A stretch of DNA of 64,000 bases from Phoronis australis (lineage: Eukaryota > Animalia > Phoronida), in contig NMRA01000123.1 of NCBI GenBank assembly GCA_002633005.1, positions 646,656-710,655 of the forward strand. The letters are read 5' to 3'. This document shows positions 47,801-59,239 of this stretch, in pieces; the stretch's first letter is position 1, and the number at the start of each line of letters is the position of its first letter. The notes beneath the pieces were generated by a model. That model was not told the origin of the DNA. It saw nothing but the letters and a program-made list of their open reading frames with translations, and did not search any database. The position numbers and the translations under genes were made by a program.

Positions 47801-50800
47801 GTGATACCTGCGTGCTGGCTACCGACCACCTAGCGGCACGCAGGGAACCAGCGAATATGTATAAATTGCACTATCATTGTTCTACAAGACAGATTGACAG
47901 ATTTGTCATTGAAGAGGATACGTGCATACGTTACTTATAGATAACTCAATCTGTGTTTTTCAGAAACAACAATGCTCACGTTTGAAATATGCAACTCTAC
48001 TACATTGGACTTGCAAGATTATCCAATAGGATATGTAATAAGCCCCAATTTCCCGAACAACTATCCGAACGAGAAACGTTGCTCACTACTTCTGGAAAAC
48101 GAGAAATCTCAGAGAATCAAAATTTCGTTTGAAACATTTTTATTGGAACAAGACACTACCGACCCGTGTGGGCGAGACTGGATTCAGTGGTCTGTGCCTT
48201 CTGCTCTTGGTTCGTGGGAGTCTTCGAGATATTGTGGCAATAACACACCATTGAACACGACATTGCCTTATAACACGCATAAAATAACATTCGTGTCTGA
48301 CAAGTCTATCACTGCACCAGGTTTTAAACTGAGGTTTGACGGTAAGGACCTTTAAAAATCTAGAACTGCATGACTGAGTGGCTTAATCTTTTTTCTTTTT
48401 ATTGTGCTATTATTTCGATTATTGTTGTTATCATTATTAATGGTGTTGCTGTTGTTGTTGTTGTTGTTGCTTCTGTTACCATTGTTGTTTTAAAGTTATC
48501 TTTTGATGATGTTGATGCCATGACGCTAAAACGGCTTAACTTGCTTTGATACACAATAAAATGTAACAGGTTTGCAAAATGTGACAAATGTTTCGTTTTA
48601 TGTCATTGTTACATTTTACAATGCTAGGCCTCTCCTAAAATGTAACAAATTGTTACATTTTATGTAATTGTTACAATTTAGATGGAATGCACATACCAGA
48701 AATGTACACTGTTACATTTTATCCCATAAGCGTTGAATCTATCGAGGGAAATACGGCCATTCAATAGTTTTCCTTATTCACCTCCTGCACTACTTCAACA
48801 GCGACCTCTGACATGGAAAGTTCAAAAGGTACGGTCAATGTCGACTCGACGTCTTCAGCCGGTTCGATCATCAAACTTTCCGAATAAAGTTTAAAGTAAT
48901 ACAGTTGCAACAGTGTAACTAACACTCGACATGCAACCAGGCCCTAAATGTAAAATCTGGAACAAAAGTGTTAATTATAAGACACTTATGTCTCAGTTTT
49001 CAGTAGCTGAATAGGGCCTACTATATCGTCTGCAACTCAGGCACCGATTCCTAGGAAACTAAAATATCAAATATTGTTGTTTTTTTAACTATTTCCAGGA
49101 GATGTTACAAGTTCACTGCACAGCTGCCGTTGTTTTCATCTTTGCTACCTTTTTTCAAGAAATAAATAGTTACTTTTAAAACTGTTTATTTTACAAGAGA
49201 AAACTTGCAACCTAAAGCGCAAGTATAAGGATATAGGATGTGATCCGCCATGTGAACAGTCTGGGTGAAGTATTTGAAACGTCTGCCGAAAAATGTAAAG
49301 TACTTAGGGATTCGAAGCACGGGATAAATACAAAACGTGCCACTTTCGGTACGTTTTGTGTATTTACGAAAGCTACGTCATATTTCATGAGTTTGCATGG
49401 TATTTGTCACACGAAGGAAACGGTTCATACACTTAACGACTTCTTTCTCGGATTGTTTGAATGAAATTCTATCAAATGTGCCAGCTCGAATTTATAGGTG
49501 TGCTTTCCATTGCCTTTTTAACATAAGTCGAGCTTCTTTGTATAGTCAAAATATGTACCCTGTACAGTTTCAACAGAACAGTTTCCAGGATCAGGTAACA
49601 CGTTTTTATTGTTAGTGTTCTTGCAATCTTTTGTTGGCGCTCATGGGTCACACCTAATTGTGTGTCCGGCATTAGAGTAAACACACTTTCCTTGGTACCC
49701 TGTAAGCATAAAAGAAACAATAATTTCGTATTTAGGCTAATACTTATCGCATTTCTTCGAGAAAAAACGTCAATAACATTTTTATCATTGAGAATTCAAT
49801 TTGGGAAGCCAAATTGGTAGAAAAACACCCATTTTACTTTACGATAGTTTGATTTATTTCAGCCAGTGTTTCATTGCCTTGACGTCACGACAAATGCTCC
49901 ACACAACATAGACTACATGTAGATAAAAGTTTCTGATGCCGACGGGTTCTGTTTAACACCTTAGTTACGAACGATAATTTCTTAGTAACATTGTCAGTGG
50001 TGGAAGGAAATAAAAGCACGCATTTATTTGCGAGCAGGTTGACAGATTTTGCCAGTGCAACAACAAAAAATCGCTTTTATAAACGTGGCGGCATAGTAAT
50101 GTGTTTTAAACAGCTAAAAGCTGAAAGAAATATCATTGCTCGTATAGTGTCAAACCTGTTTGAAATAGTACTGGTAACAACTGATCAAGCTGTGACGTGT
50201 ATATGTAAAAATGGGAGGCCCAGATAGGAAAATAGAAATTTTTTTCTTGGACTTTTCGTATCTCAGAGGCGGACCTTTTTGCCCACTTCGCTGAATAGGG
50301 GGGTTCGAACGAGCCCCCTAAGACCCCCCTGGGTGCGCTCATGAGTTTTTGGGACTAGTATTACGGAAAACTGTATTTCTGTGATGTTACTCCCGTAATA
50401 ACGCTTATGTTTATGCGTATATCCGAACTCAACCTGGCTACAGTATAAACTCATGGATTTTATTTTAGAAAGTTTAGCAGATCTAGAGACACGTTTTGAA
50501 TAATTCACATGTGAAAAGGATTTCAGGCTTTCGGATACCTGAATTGGATCGGACGCGCGCAGACTACAAAGATAGGGCCCATTGCGCAAAATAGCGGATT
50601 TGGAACTCATGAGAATAAATAGTCATAAGACTCTTCCTGATAAAATTTGCAGAAGTCGGTAGCCATGTAGGTATCATGCATCTGTTTCCGCTTGTCCGGT
50701 CATTTCACTTCTACTCTGCCTTTAAAATTATATTTTTAGCTACAGATCATGCTACAAAGATTGACGACTTTGGGAAGACTGACATCAAGAATAGAACGGC

Positions 50801-53800
50801 AACGGAGAAATTTCGCAAACAACTTGTAGGATCGGGTATCTTGACAACAACTTTGAAAAGCAGCAACTTTCCAACACGGTTTGAAGACTCGGGTATCGTG
50901 ACGAAAACTTTAAGGAGGGGGGACTTTTTAACAGAGCCGCAAGAATCAGGTATCAAGAAGACAACTTTGGGAATGGGAGAGTCTTCAAGGCAAACTACAC
51001 CTCATAAAATGGGAAAGCAGATAGCGAAAGGTAAAGGACTCACCACCGTGGCATTGATACTCAGTAGCAGAGCGTGGTATGTGTAGGCATATCTGTTATT
51101 TCTCGACTAAATGCGCATAGGAATGGAAAAAATCCCCAACAAATCCGACAACTAAATACAGAACGCATATGATGCTACAAATATTCAGGAAGTAAATCAT
51201 TTTTACGCTTCAAATATGTTGCTGAAAATGGGGAAAAGTCTACCGCAATGCAAAGTTTTGACAACTACGAAGTGACATCCTGACGTACTGTATTTCGTGA
51301 GTTTTCAGCCATCTCGTTTTGAGCGAAATGGCGACATCTGTTTGTGCAGTGGCGTGACTACATGTCCCTCTTCCAAAGAAGACTAGTGGAAACTCTTGTA
51401 ACTAGAAGTGTGTTGTTACAAAAAGGCTACAGTAATAAAAATATTTTTTTCAGTCAATTGTTACGAGGAGAGCAAGCTGTCAAAAGAGACAAATGACAGG
51501 TGTGCCTCTGTAACAACGGACAACCTTATGAGTTGCTGAACGAGTTTCTTCATGTCAGTAATGTTGACATAGCATTATGATAAACTTGAACACGAAAAAG
51601 ACAACGACACTGACAACTTAACGATGAGTCGACAATGACACTGACATTCAGACAATGAATGATTGACACTATGGTATTGAAACTGAAATTGGCCGTTGCA
51701 ATGAAAACTATATTGGCAATGGGAGTGAAATGGCATAAACGACATTGACAAAGGCTATGACAATGTTGATGACGTTAAAAAACCATACTGCATCAATAGC
51801 ATCCTCTGACACAGCGCCACCTATACTGCAATTAGCACTGTGATAGAGTGTACATCAATAGCTGCTAATGAGAAAGTGTGAGTACAAATGTATTTACATG
51901 TACTGGCTACATAGGTTTTTAACGCTATTCTGACTTCTGTAGTAATTTGTTTATCTTTTAGAGGATGCTGCTGGTCGGAAGTACGGGGTTTATATTGGCA
52001 TAAGTGTAGCAGCTCTTACACTGGGCGCCATTGTTGTTGTCGGTGCTATAACAGTGAAAAGGAGGTGAGCATGTTTGTTTTCAGAAAGCGTTATTCCGCG
52101 TAATGGTGAAGTCTGTACAAAAATAGACCGACCTAGGAACCAGTCCCTAGGTGCGACTGATCTAGGGTTGTAAAGGGCACTAGTCTCGAAACGTACTAAA
52201 AAATAAGAAAATGGTATTTTTACAAGATTTTTTAAAAGTCTAACCGGTGGAATCAAGTCTAACGGGTGGAATAAAGTCCAACCGGTGGAATAAAGACTAA
52301 CCGGTGGAGTATGTGACGGAATGTTGTAGCCCAGGGATTCCTACGCCATGGTCCGCCACTTAGACCATCTACTGGGCGTCTTTAGCTGGAGCCTTAGTTC
52401 CAACTATGGTGAACGCTCCTAGTCAGCCAGGCGTGCGTTCAGTAGACGCTAGGACCTACGCTAGGACCTACCTAAAATCTAGTCAAAGTCACGTGTTCTC
52501 ATTTGAAATACGCGGCAATATCTCACGTAATCTCGTGAAGTTTTGCTTTTTAGCGAGGTACCAGCCTTACTGAACGGGAGGCAGTTTGGTCGCATAATTG
52601 ACCTTTGAACATAACTATGGTCTGCCCTGTAGCAGGCTCGTATAGTCACTAGATGGCGACCTCCGAGTAGTTCCAGGTAAACTGAAAGATTTCTTTGGTA
52701 AATAGGTGTTATTCACAATAAGTTGTTGCTAAATATTCAAAGTGTGTGTTTAGTAAAATACTAATAAGTGTAAAAATGTTCCACTTTTGCATGAGGGGCT
52801 ATCAAAATTAGGTTGAAACGAAAACGAAATGGTTATTTACAACAATGTTATAGCGTATTTAAGATTTCATCATGAACATTTATTTCTGATCAGTAAAATT
52901 TGATCATGTTGTTGATCGCGTTGTTCAGGTATAAAGCTAATTTTCCATTTTGCTAAATTTTAGTAAGAAGACATAGTCACGTGTCCCAGTTAATGGCAGA
53001 TTAGTGTAAAATCAAAAATCAAATTTTAAATATGTGGTACTTTTACATAGGCGAATTTAGGGGGGGGGCAGAGGGCCCGCCCCCACCCCCGCTCCTTGGC
53101 TGCCGCAAGAAAAATGAAAAAGCAACTGCGTGAAGCGTGAGGAAATATTGAGTACAGGACCCGAGATGGCGGCGGAATCGTGTTCCCTTTTTTTTCTTTT
53201 CCCACACCCACCCGACCCCCGCAACTTTCGGGCGCCTGTGCACATACACTTGCGCTTTTTCCAAATGCCCCGAGGTAACCTGTTGAGCCCTCCCCTCCCT
53301 CCTTATGGTATCCTAGATCCGCCACTGCTTTCCTGAGATAAATAATTGTATAGTTATGTAGATAGTTACAGTAGCTGAATGTACAGATTCGCCGATAATG
53401 CCTCACGTAAAGTTGCCCAATGTCTGGCTGTGTGAGTATACATTTAGGTTACTGCACGACATGAAACCGAAATTAAGAGTAGACAAGCCTTTTTTGTTTT
53501 CCTTTTTAAGAGAAGAAGCGTAAAGCCCCGTCTGTGCTCTGTAAACTGCTCTATACGATTATAATCGGAGTGTGCAGACATGCAAGTGTTCCGATTTGTG
53601 GTTGGAGACGGAGTACTTCCAACTTTGTAGTATATCTGAACTTAAAATGGCGTGCGACACAGTGGAACATGAACTTTCATGAGACAAAATTCATTATGTT
53701 AACTTCGATTCTCATGCGATTCACTGGTTCAGGGAACAGAGCAGTGATGTTTCTTCCAACCCACGTCCAGTTAACACCGGGAACCCTTTCATTTTTATCG

Positions 53801-55996
53801 TCTTAAATGATCCTCCCCAGTTATTTACACAGAGATGTGTAGAGTGTACCTGACAGAGATGTGCAGAGTGTAACTGGCAGAGATGTGTGGAGTGTAACTG
53901 ACAGAGATGTGTAGAGTGCAACTGACAGCGATGTGTAGAGTGTAACTGACACAGATGTGTAGAGTGCAACTGACACAGATGTGTAGAGTACATGTACAAC
54001 TGGCAGAGATGTGTAGAGTGTACCTGACAGAGATGTGTAGAGTGTAACTGACAGAGATGTGTAAAGTGTAACTGACAGATATGTGTAGAGTGTAACTGAC
54101 AGAGATGTGTAGAGTGTACCTGGCAGAGATGTGTAGAGTGTACCTGGCAGAGATGTGTAGAGTGTAACTGTCAGAGATGTGTAAAGTGTACCTGACAGAG
54201 ATGTGTAGAGTGTACCTGACAGAGATGTGTAGAGTGTACCTGACAAAGATGTGTAGAGTGCAACTGACAGAGATGAGAGTGTAACTGACAGAGATGTGTA
54301 GAGTGTAACTGGCAGAGATGTGTAGAGTGTAACTGGCAGAGATGTGTAGAGTGTACCTGACAGGGATGTGTAGAGTGTAACTGGCAGAGATGTATAGACT
54401 GTAGCTGTCAAAGTTCTATTGAGTGTAGCTGTCAAAAATGTGTCAAGTGTAGCGGTCAAAGATGTGTTGAGTATGGCTGTCAAAGTCGTTGAGTGTAGCT
54501 GTCAAACATGTGTCGAATTTTACAATCAAAGGTTTGTAGAGTGTAACTGACAAAGATTTGTCGAGTGTACCTGACAAAGATGTGTTGAGTGTAACTGTCA
54601 AAGATGTGTTGACTATAGCTGTCAAAGTCGTTGAGTGTAGCTGTCAAACATGTGTCGAGTTTAACTGTCAAAGATGTGTAGAGTGTAGCTGACAAAGATT
54701 TGTCGAGTGTAGCTGACAAAGATGTGTCGTATGTACCTTGCAAATATTTGTAGCTTGAAAAGATGTATCGAGTGCTCAGCATTGCTAATAGAACGAATAT
54801 TTCAACGGTCAACTCACGTCAAAGTTCTAAAACAAAAGTTCAGATAATTGACTCTGCAAACAAGTTAGTCAACAGTAGCAGTAGTAATGAAATGGTAAGT
54901 TTTATACCGTCTGGTATCGGACTAAATTCATAGTTTATGACTTTATTACTCTTTGATCTGTAAATTGCAAGTGATTACCATGTGTAATTATATCAACACC
55001 TGTGTTTTCTATGTTAATCTTATAAAGTTTCATATATTGCCTACTGATTTTGTCCCTCAGTTCACTGAATATTACAAGCTATTATCACCAATACTGCACA
55101 TAATTTAATCATTAATTTATTTGTATATAATGCTGCTCTTGTGCTCGTGATGCCTGTGCAGTATTTATGTGTCCGTATGCTTGCGTGCGCGTGCGTGTGA
55201 AGTGCGGGTGCGTCGGGTACTGTAAAGAAACTGGGGTATTTGTTAAAAAGCTTGTATTACTAATTAGTTCCCTGAAAAGACAACTAAAAATTGTTCATAT
55301 TCGAAGTCCTATAGAGATATTGAGGTGTGTGGACAGCGTTTAAGGGGCCACTTCACGTGTGGGAGTGGAGAGGTAGTTTTAAGGTGAAAGCCACTTAAGG
55401 GAAGACATTAGACATTTGAACACTTTAAAACGGCAGGGAATCTATTGAGATTTTTGCATTGGGTTTGATATAGAGTCTATTTAACAACGACTGCAACGAT
55501 ACTTCTTCCCTTACCTTGCCGCAAACAAAACTGAATAATACAGTCTCAGGAGTAAATAATGCGTTTTCTTTGGATGCTGCTTCTAAAGGCTGTGGAAGTT
55601 TCATTGTCCTTATCAAAAAATGTCTGATTCTTTACATTAAAGATAATCCATTTCAGAAAATGGAATAAAAATCTTGAAGCCAAGGAAGACAAACTGGTTG
55701 AGCGGGAAGACAGTACTTCCCTGAAAGAACTTGAAGGGAACTCTGAGGAAGGCGGATTTTACCACGACCTAGAAAGTCTAGACGGGCAATCTGTACCTGA
55801 TGATCAAGATAATCATTACGAATGCACTTCATTAAGTTACGAACAAACAGAATTCTGTGCTGCTTCTTCGCCTTTCAAAAAAGACATGGAAAAGGTCAAG
55901 GCCATTAAAAGTGAAGGAGATATCAACCTCGAAGCCGAGGCTGAACAGATAGAATGGACAGAGAACAGTTTTTATGACTCATTCAAACAGGTTTAA
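44781..55996 (+). CDS. Receptor gene 3: signal peptide-CUB(B)-stalk-TM-Tyr-rich tail, ~390 aa
   Basis: Exons 44781-44841 (alternative in-frame ATG at 44769), 47964-48341, 50740-51030 (alternative acceptor 50746), 51962-52064, 55657-55996; phases 1,1,1,2; total 1173 nt = 391 codons, open. Confidence 0.85.
46235..46475. repeat. ~32 bp minisatellite, about 7 units
   Basis: Unit aatggaacacacaaatgttacataatcacacc. Confidence 0.88.
47279..47853. mobile_element. ~590 bp TIR element, copy 2 (left TIR internally deleted)
   Basis: Co-linear with 26612-27202. Confidence 0.8.
47964..48341 (+). CDS. Gene 3 exon 2, CUB domain (class B)
   Basis: FEIC...GYVISPNFPNNYPNEKRC...ISFETFLLE...CGRDW...RYCG...ITFVSDKS...GFKLRF. 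Confidence 0.93.
48765..49175 (-). repeat. Interspersed repeat, copy 3 of 3 (inverted)
   Basis: Reverse complement of 34530-34960. Confidence 0.78.
50740..51030 (+). CDS. Gene 3 exon 3, stalk with three 19-aa repeats
   Basis: GSGILTTTL.. / DSGIVTKTL.. / ESGIKKTTL.. at 57-nt spacing; phase 1-1. Confidence 0.78.
51962..52064 (+). CDS. Gene 3 exon 4, transmembrane helix
   Basis: EDAAGRKYGVYIGISVAALTLGAIVVVGAITVKRR; AG|gtgagc donor. Confidence 0.85.
52236..52310. repeat. 19 bp tandem repeat, 4 units
   Basis: Unit aagtctaaccggtggaat(c/a). Confidence 0.85.
52428..52582. mobile_element. ~155 bp MITE-like repeat, copy 3
   Basis: Matches 3714-3866. Confidence 0.75.
53046..53327. mobile_element. 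MITE of the CATAGGCG / CCGCCACTG terminus family
   Basis: cataggcgaatttaggggg ... cctagatccgccactg. Confidence 0.7.
53826..54770. repeat. 24 bp minisatellite, ~39 units
   Basis: Unit acagagatgtgtagagtgtaactg; homogeneous to ~54390, more diverged afterwards. Confidence 0.93.
55657..55996 (+). CDS. Gene 3 exon 5, acidic cytoplasmic tail
   Basis: Manual translation (absent from ORF track): RKWNKNLE...EEGGFYHDL...DNHYECTSLSYEQ...EQIEWTENSFYDSFKQV*; tttcag acceptor, phase 2. Confidence 0.85.
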
Positions 55997-57043
55997 CTTG
56001 TCGACTCTGACTAACTGCTCATTTCTATCAGAAGTTTCGGTAATTATTTCTTGTGGCGCGTTTTTCAATATATTTTCCATATTAAACGGACTGAATAGCT
56101 GAAAATTTTAATTATAATTAGTTAAATTAAGATTTGTGTAAGACGTTGAGGATACGTCTGTGCATTCAGTCCATTATCTACAAAAATATAAAAAAATTCA
56201 AATAGAGAAATGGATATTTTTTCTGAAAACAGAAAGCCTGTAGAATTTGATTTTACACCAAATCTACCATCGATGGGGTCGTGTGATCAAGTATTTTAAC
56301 TTAAATGCCACAAAAGGGACAGGTGCACTCAATTTCCGAGATTTGATGTTCCGAAATTAGCCAAATTTTGACATTTTCATGGGTCTTACATTATCTTATT
56401 ATCAAGACACACAAATTTCACCCTAAGTACATGTATTAGAATTTCTTATTTTTTGCTATGAAATATTTACAATTGCAGGAGCGTTTTCATGTTAACCATG
56501 CTAAATTTACTTGTAATATGGCACCTTCGACAATTCGATCTCAGTCTTATTAAAAAGAGCAAACATGCCTTTGACACTTCAAATCATCGCTCGTGTGGAA
56601 GACAACGTTGTGTAATCATGTATGCTCACCAGTCGCCACTTCGGTTTTCTTGAGTCCTTGATGACACTGCGTAATCAGCTGAAACGTAGCAATCCTTGTT
56701 TCTGTAAAATATTTGTGTAATTTACTTAGAAACTGTCGGACAAGCTGCACCATTTCTATTCTCAAGCCATCGGTTCAAAATAGAGATGAGTATCTCCTTG
56801 GCATACCAAGTTGTAGGGCTTCTCCCCGATGCTGCGACCTGGTGGTCCTTGTGACGTCACTGGCGATGCCAAACTAATTTTCAGTCTTGCGTTATTCTCC
56901 AGCATTTATTTTGTCTGTATGTACCTGGCTTTCAACAAAACGTTCATGTTTTTAATAAGAAGCTTATAAATAATCAAAAGGCATTGCGAAATATTGAGCA
57001 GCTTCTTAATGTTGAACAAGATGAAGGCCATTGTTTAGTTTGA

Positions 57044-58668
57044 AGGAGAATGCCACCTGATTTAATTAGTAAATTTTACAGTCTTAATCGGTCTATATCC
57101 ACATCGACTCTTATACGGTCGACCTCACCTTTCTGAGAGGTGTCGCGTTAACCTGTGAGGAAGGTGAGAAACGACGCAGCGACGTCAGTGGTTCATCTGC
57201 AGAGTGAATGCCGCTATATTGCGTGCATCGTTCCCGTTTGTCCGAACAATGAAGCTGCGAAGAAAGCTTATATATCGTTTTTCGACTTCCTCGAGAGCTC
57301 GAAATGCTTAGGAATTAAGTGGCTCGCGGTAGTGCAGAATGTTAATAGCAAGTATGAGGTCGACATCTCCATGTCTGTGGCCGGCATTTCGTCGCCCGGC
57401 CAGTCATTTCTATGACGAATTCCGGCTTACCAAAGAACTGTCCAAACGTTCTGTTGCCTGTGCATGTTCACTGCGCCTCTTTAGTATTTCTTGATCAGTG
57501 TATTCTGGTTCGAACTGATAGCCTGTGAAACCAAACGATCCGACCCGTGAAGTCTTCGTCGGATGAGCTCTCGACTGAGTTGTGATTGGCGCCGGGTGGG
57601 TTGCCATGTACACGTTTATTATTCTGCGTTCTGTTTCAAAATGAATTATTCTCGCCCTAACCAATGCTTATATAAAACTGAAACAAAGTCTGTCTCATTA
57701 GATACAATTTGTAATGTGTTTGGAGAATTCGAGAGTGTAAATGTTTTGAGAAGCCTGAATAAACCAATGTGTCACCCGGCCGGCTTTAGATGCAATAATG
57801 GTAACTGACTGGGCACCAAGGCCGTGTGAGCGCATGCTGCTCATTCAGTGTTTGCTGACAGAAAGCTGTTGTGAAACAATAACTCGATTTTATATGCCAT
57901 GTCACATGTTAAGGGAATCTTTATTTAGATATACAAATACATTATCGGCCAAATCATTCAGTGTTACTGTACAACCTTTGCCCTGAAGGTTCTGTGGAAC
58001 GGGGGAACCTGACTTCGCAACCCCCGACAAGTAAGTAGATTTTTTGTTTCGTGGCTAATTCACCTAAATAATTACGTGCACATTATTTCTTTGGCTCACT
58101 ATTATAGTCTTTTCGTGACTGGAGGTTTAGTGATGTCCAGTCCCGGCGGCCGGTACTCATAAGGGCTGATCTGGTTCCGAGCCACTTCGGGAGTAACAAG
58201 CCTTTTGACAAAATCGCAAGTCTAAAAGTACAACACACAGCTATGTTCCCCGTCTGTATTTCACGGAAGAATGATTCGAATATCACCAAACAGATCCAAA
58301 TTCCTACGATCGACCACTGCAAATTCAGTACCTCGGTACTCACCTGAACTCTGTAGGCTACGGTACGTTCAAATACCTATAAATCCGTAACAGTGAAATA
58401 AAACAATACGTTTGTTCAAGAACTCGATGTATTTGTAAGGGGTTTACATCGAATTTTGATGATTTATAGGTATAAAACGATGAATTCAGGCGATAAGTTG
58501 ACACCAGTAAGCGTACGTGTTCGGTGAACGGCTAAACAGACTACGTTAATTTCAACGCCTCTGTCTGCCGTTAGGTATCACATAAAACAACTGAACTTGG
58601 TGTTATCGAGTGGAACTACTCCATCTTAATTGATAAGAAATAGTTTGTTATTTGGCTGGCGTTCTCCT
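57044..58668 (+). mobile_element. Non-autonomous Kolobok-like transposon
   Basis: ttga|aggagaatgccacc ... gttctcct|TTAA; + strand THAP remnant CIVPVCPNN...SFF; - strand KolX-like GYQFEPEYTDQEI. Confidence 0.8.
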
Positions 58669-59239
58669 TTAAGGTTGAGATGCTTGTTATGATTTGTATG
58701 TCGTCTTATGGATATTCATAATGTACTGATTAGGATGACGCGCACATTTAGCACATTACTGTTTAAATGGCATATTATTTTCATTGTTATTGTTTAAACG
58801 ATATTTTGTTAGTTTTGGTCCAGTCAGGACTCAAATAAACGTTCTATTGTCCATCTACTGCTTAGTTTCGTAAACACGGGCGGCGCACCATAGGGGGCTG
58901 GGGGGGCTATAGCCCCATTTTTTCAGTTCTACGCCGCACATGGTCTATCAACCTATGAGACATTGAGCATTCAACATGTTTCTGCGAGTCTCATCTTCCC
59001 TCCTGACAACACTAATTGAATAAAATGAGCCAATTGTATTCTTCTTCCTGCGTCACTGTTAAAATTGCCAAGAATATAAATGAAGTTTTTTACGGATTTT
59101 ATTTTATTTTACCTTAAAAGAGGAACAAATCATTGGGGCGAACAAATCTGATATCAACTCAAGTACCTTTTATGGACGAAAAACAATGCATGTATTACAC
59201 AATTATTTTACACAAGAAAACGAGTAAACACGAAAAACT

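Noticed and set aside
53821-54483. 220 aa TLYTSLSV-repeat ORF as a gene
   Set aside because: By-product of a 24-bp minisatellite without stops in that frame; antisense within an intron; no splice or domain support.
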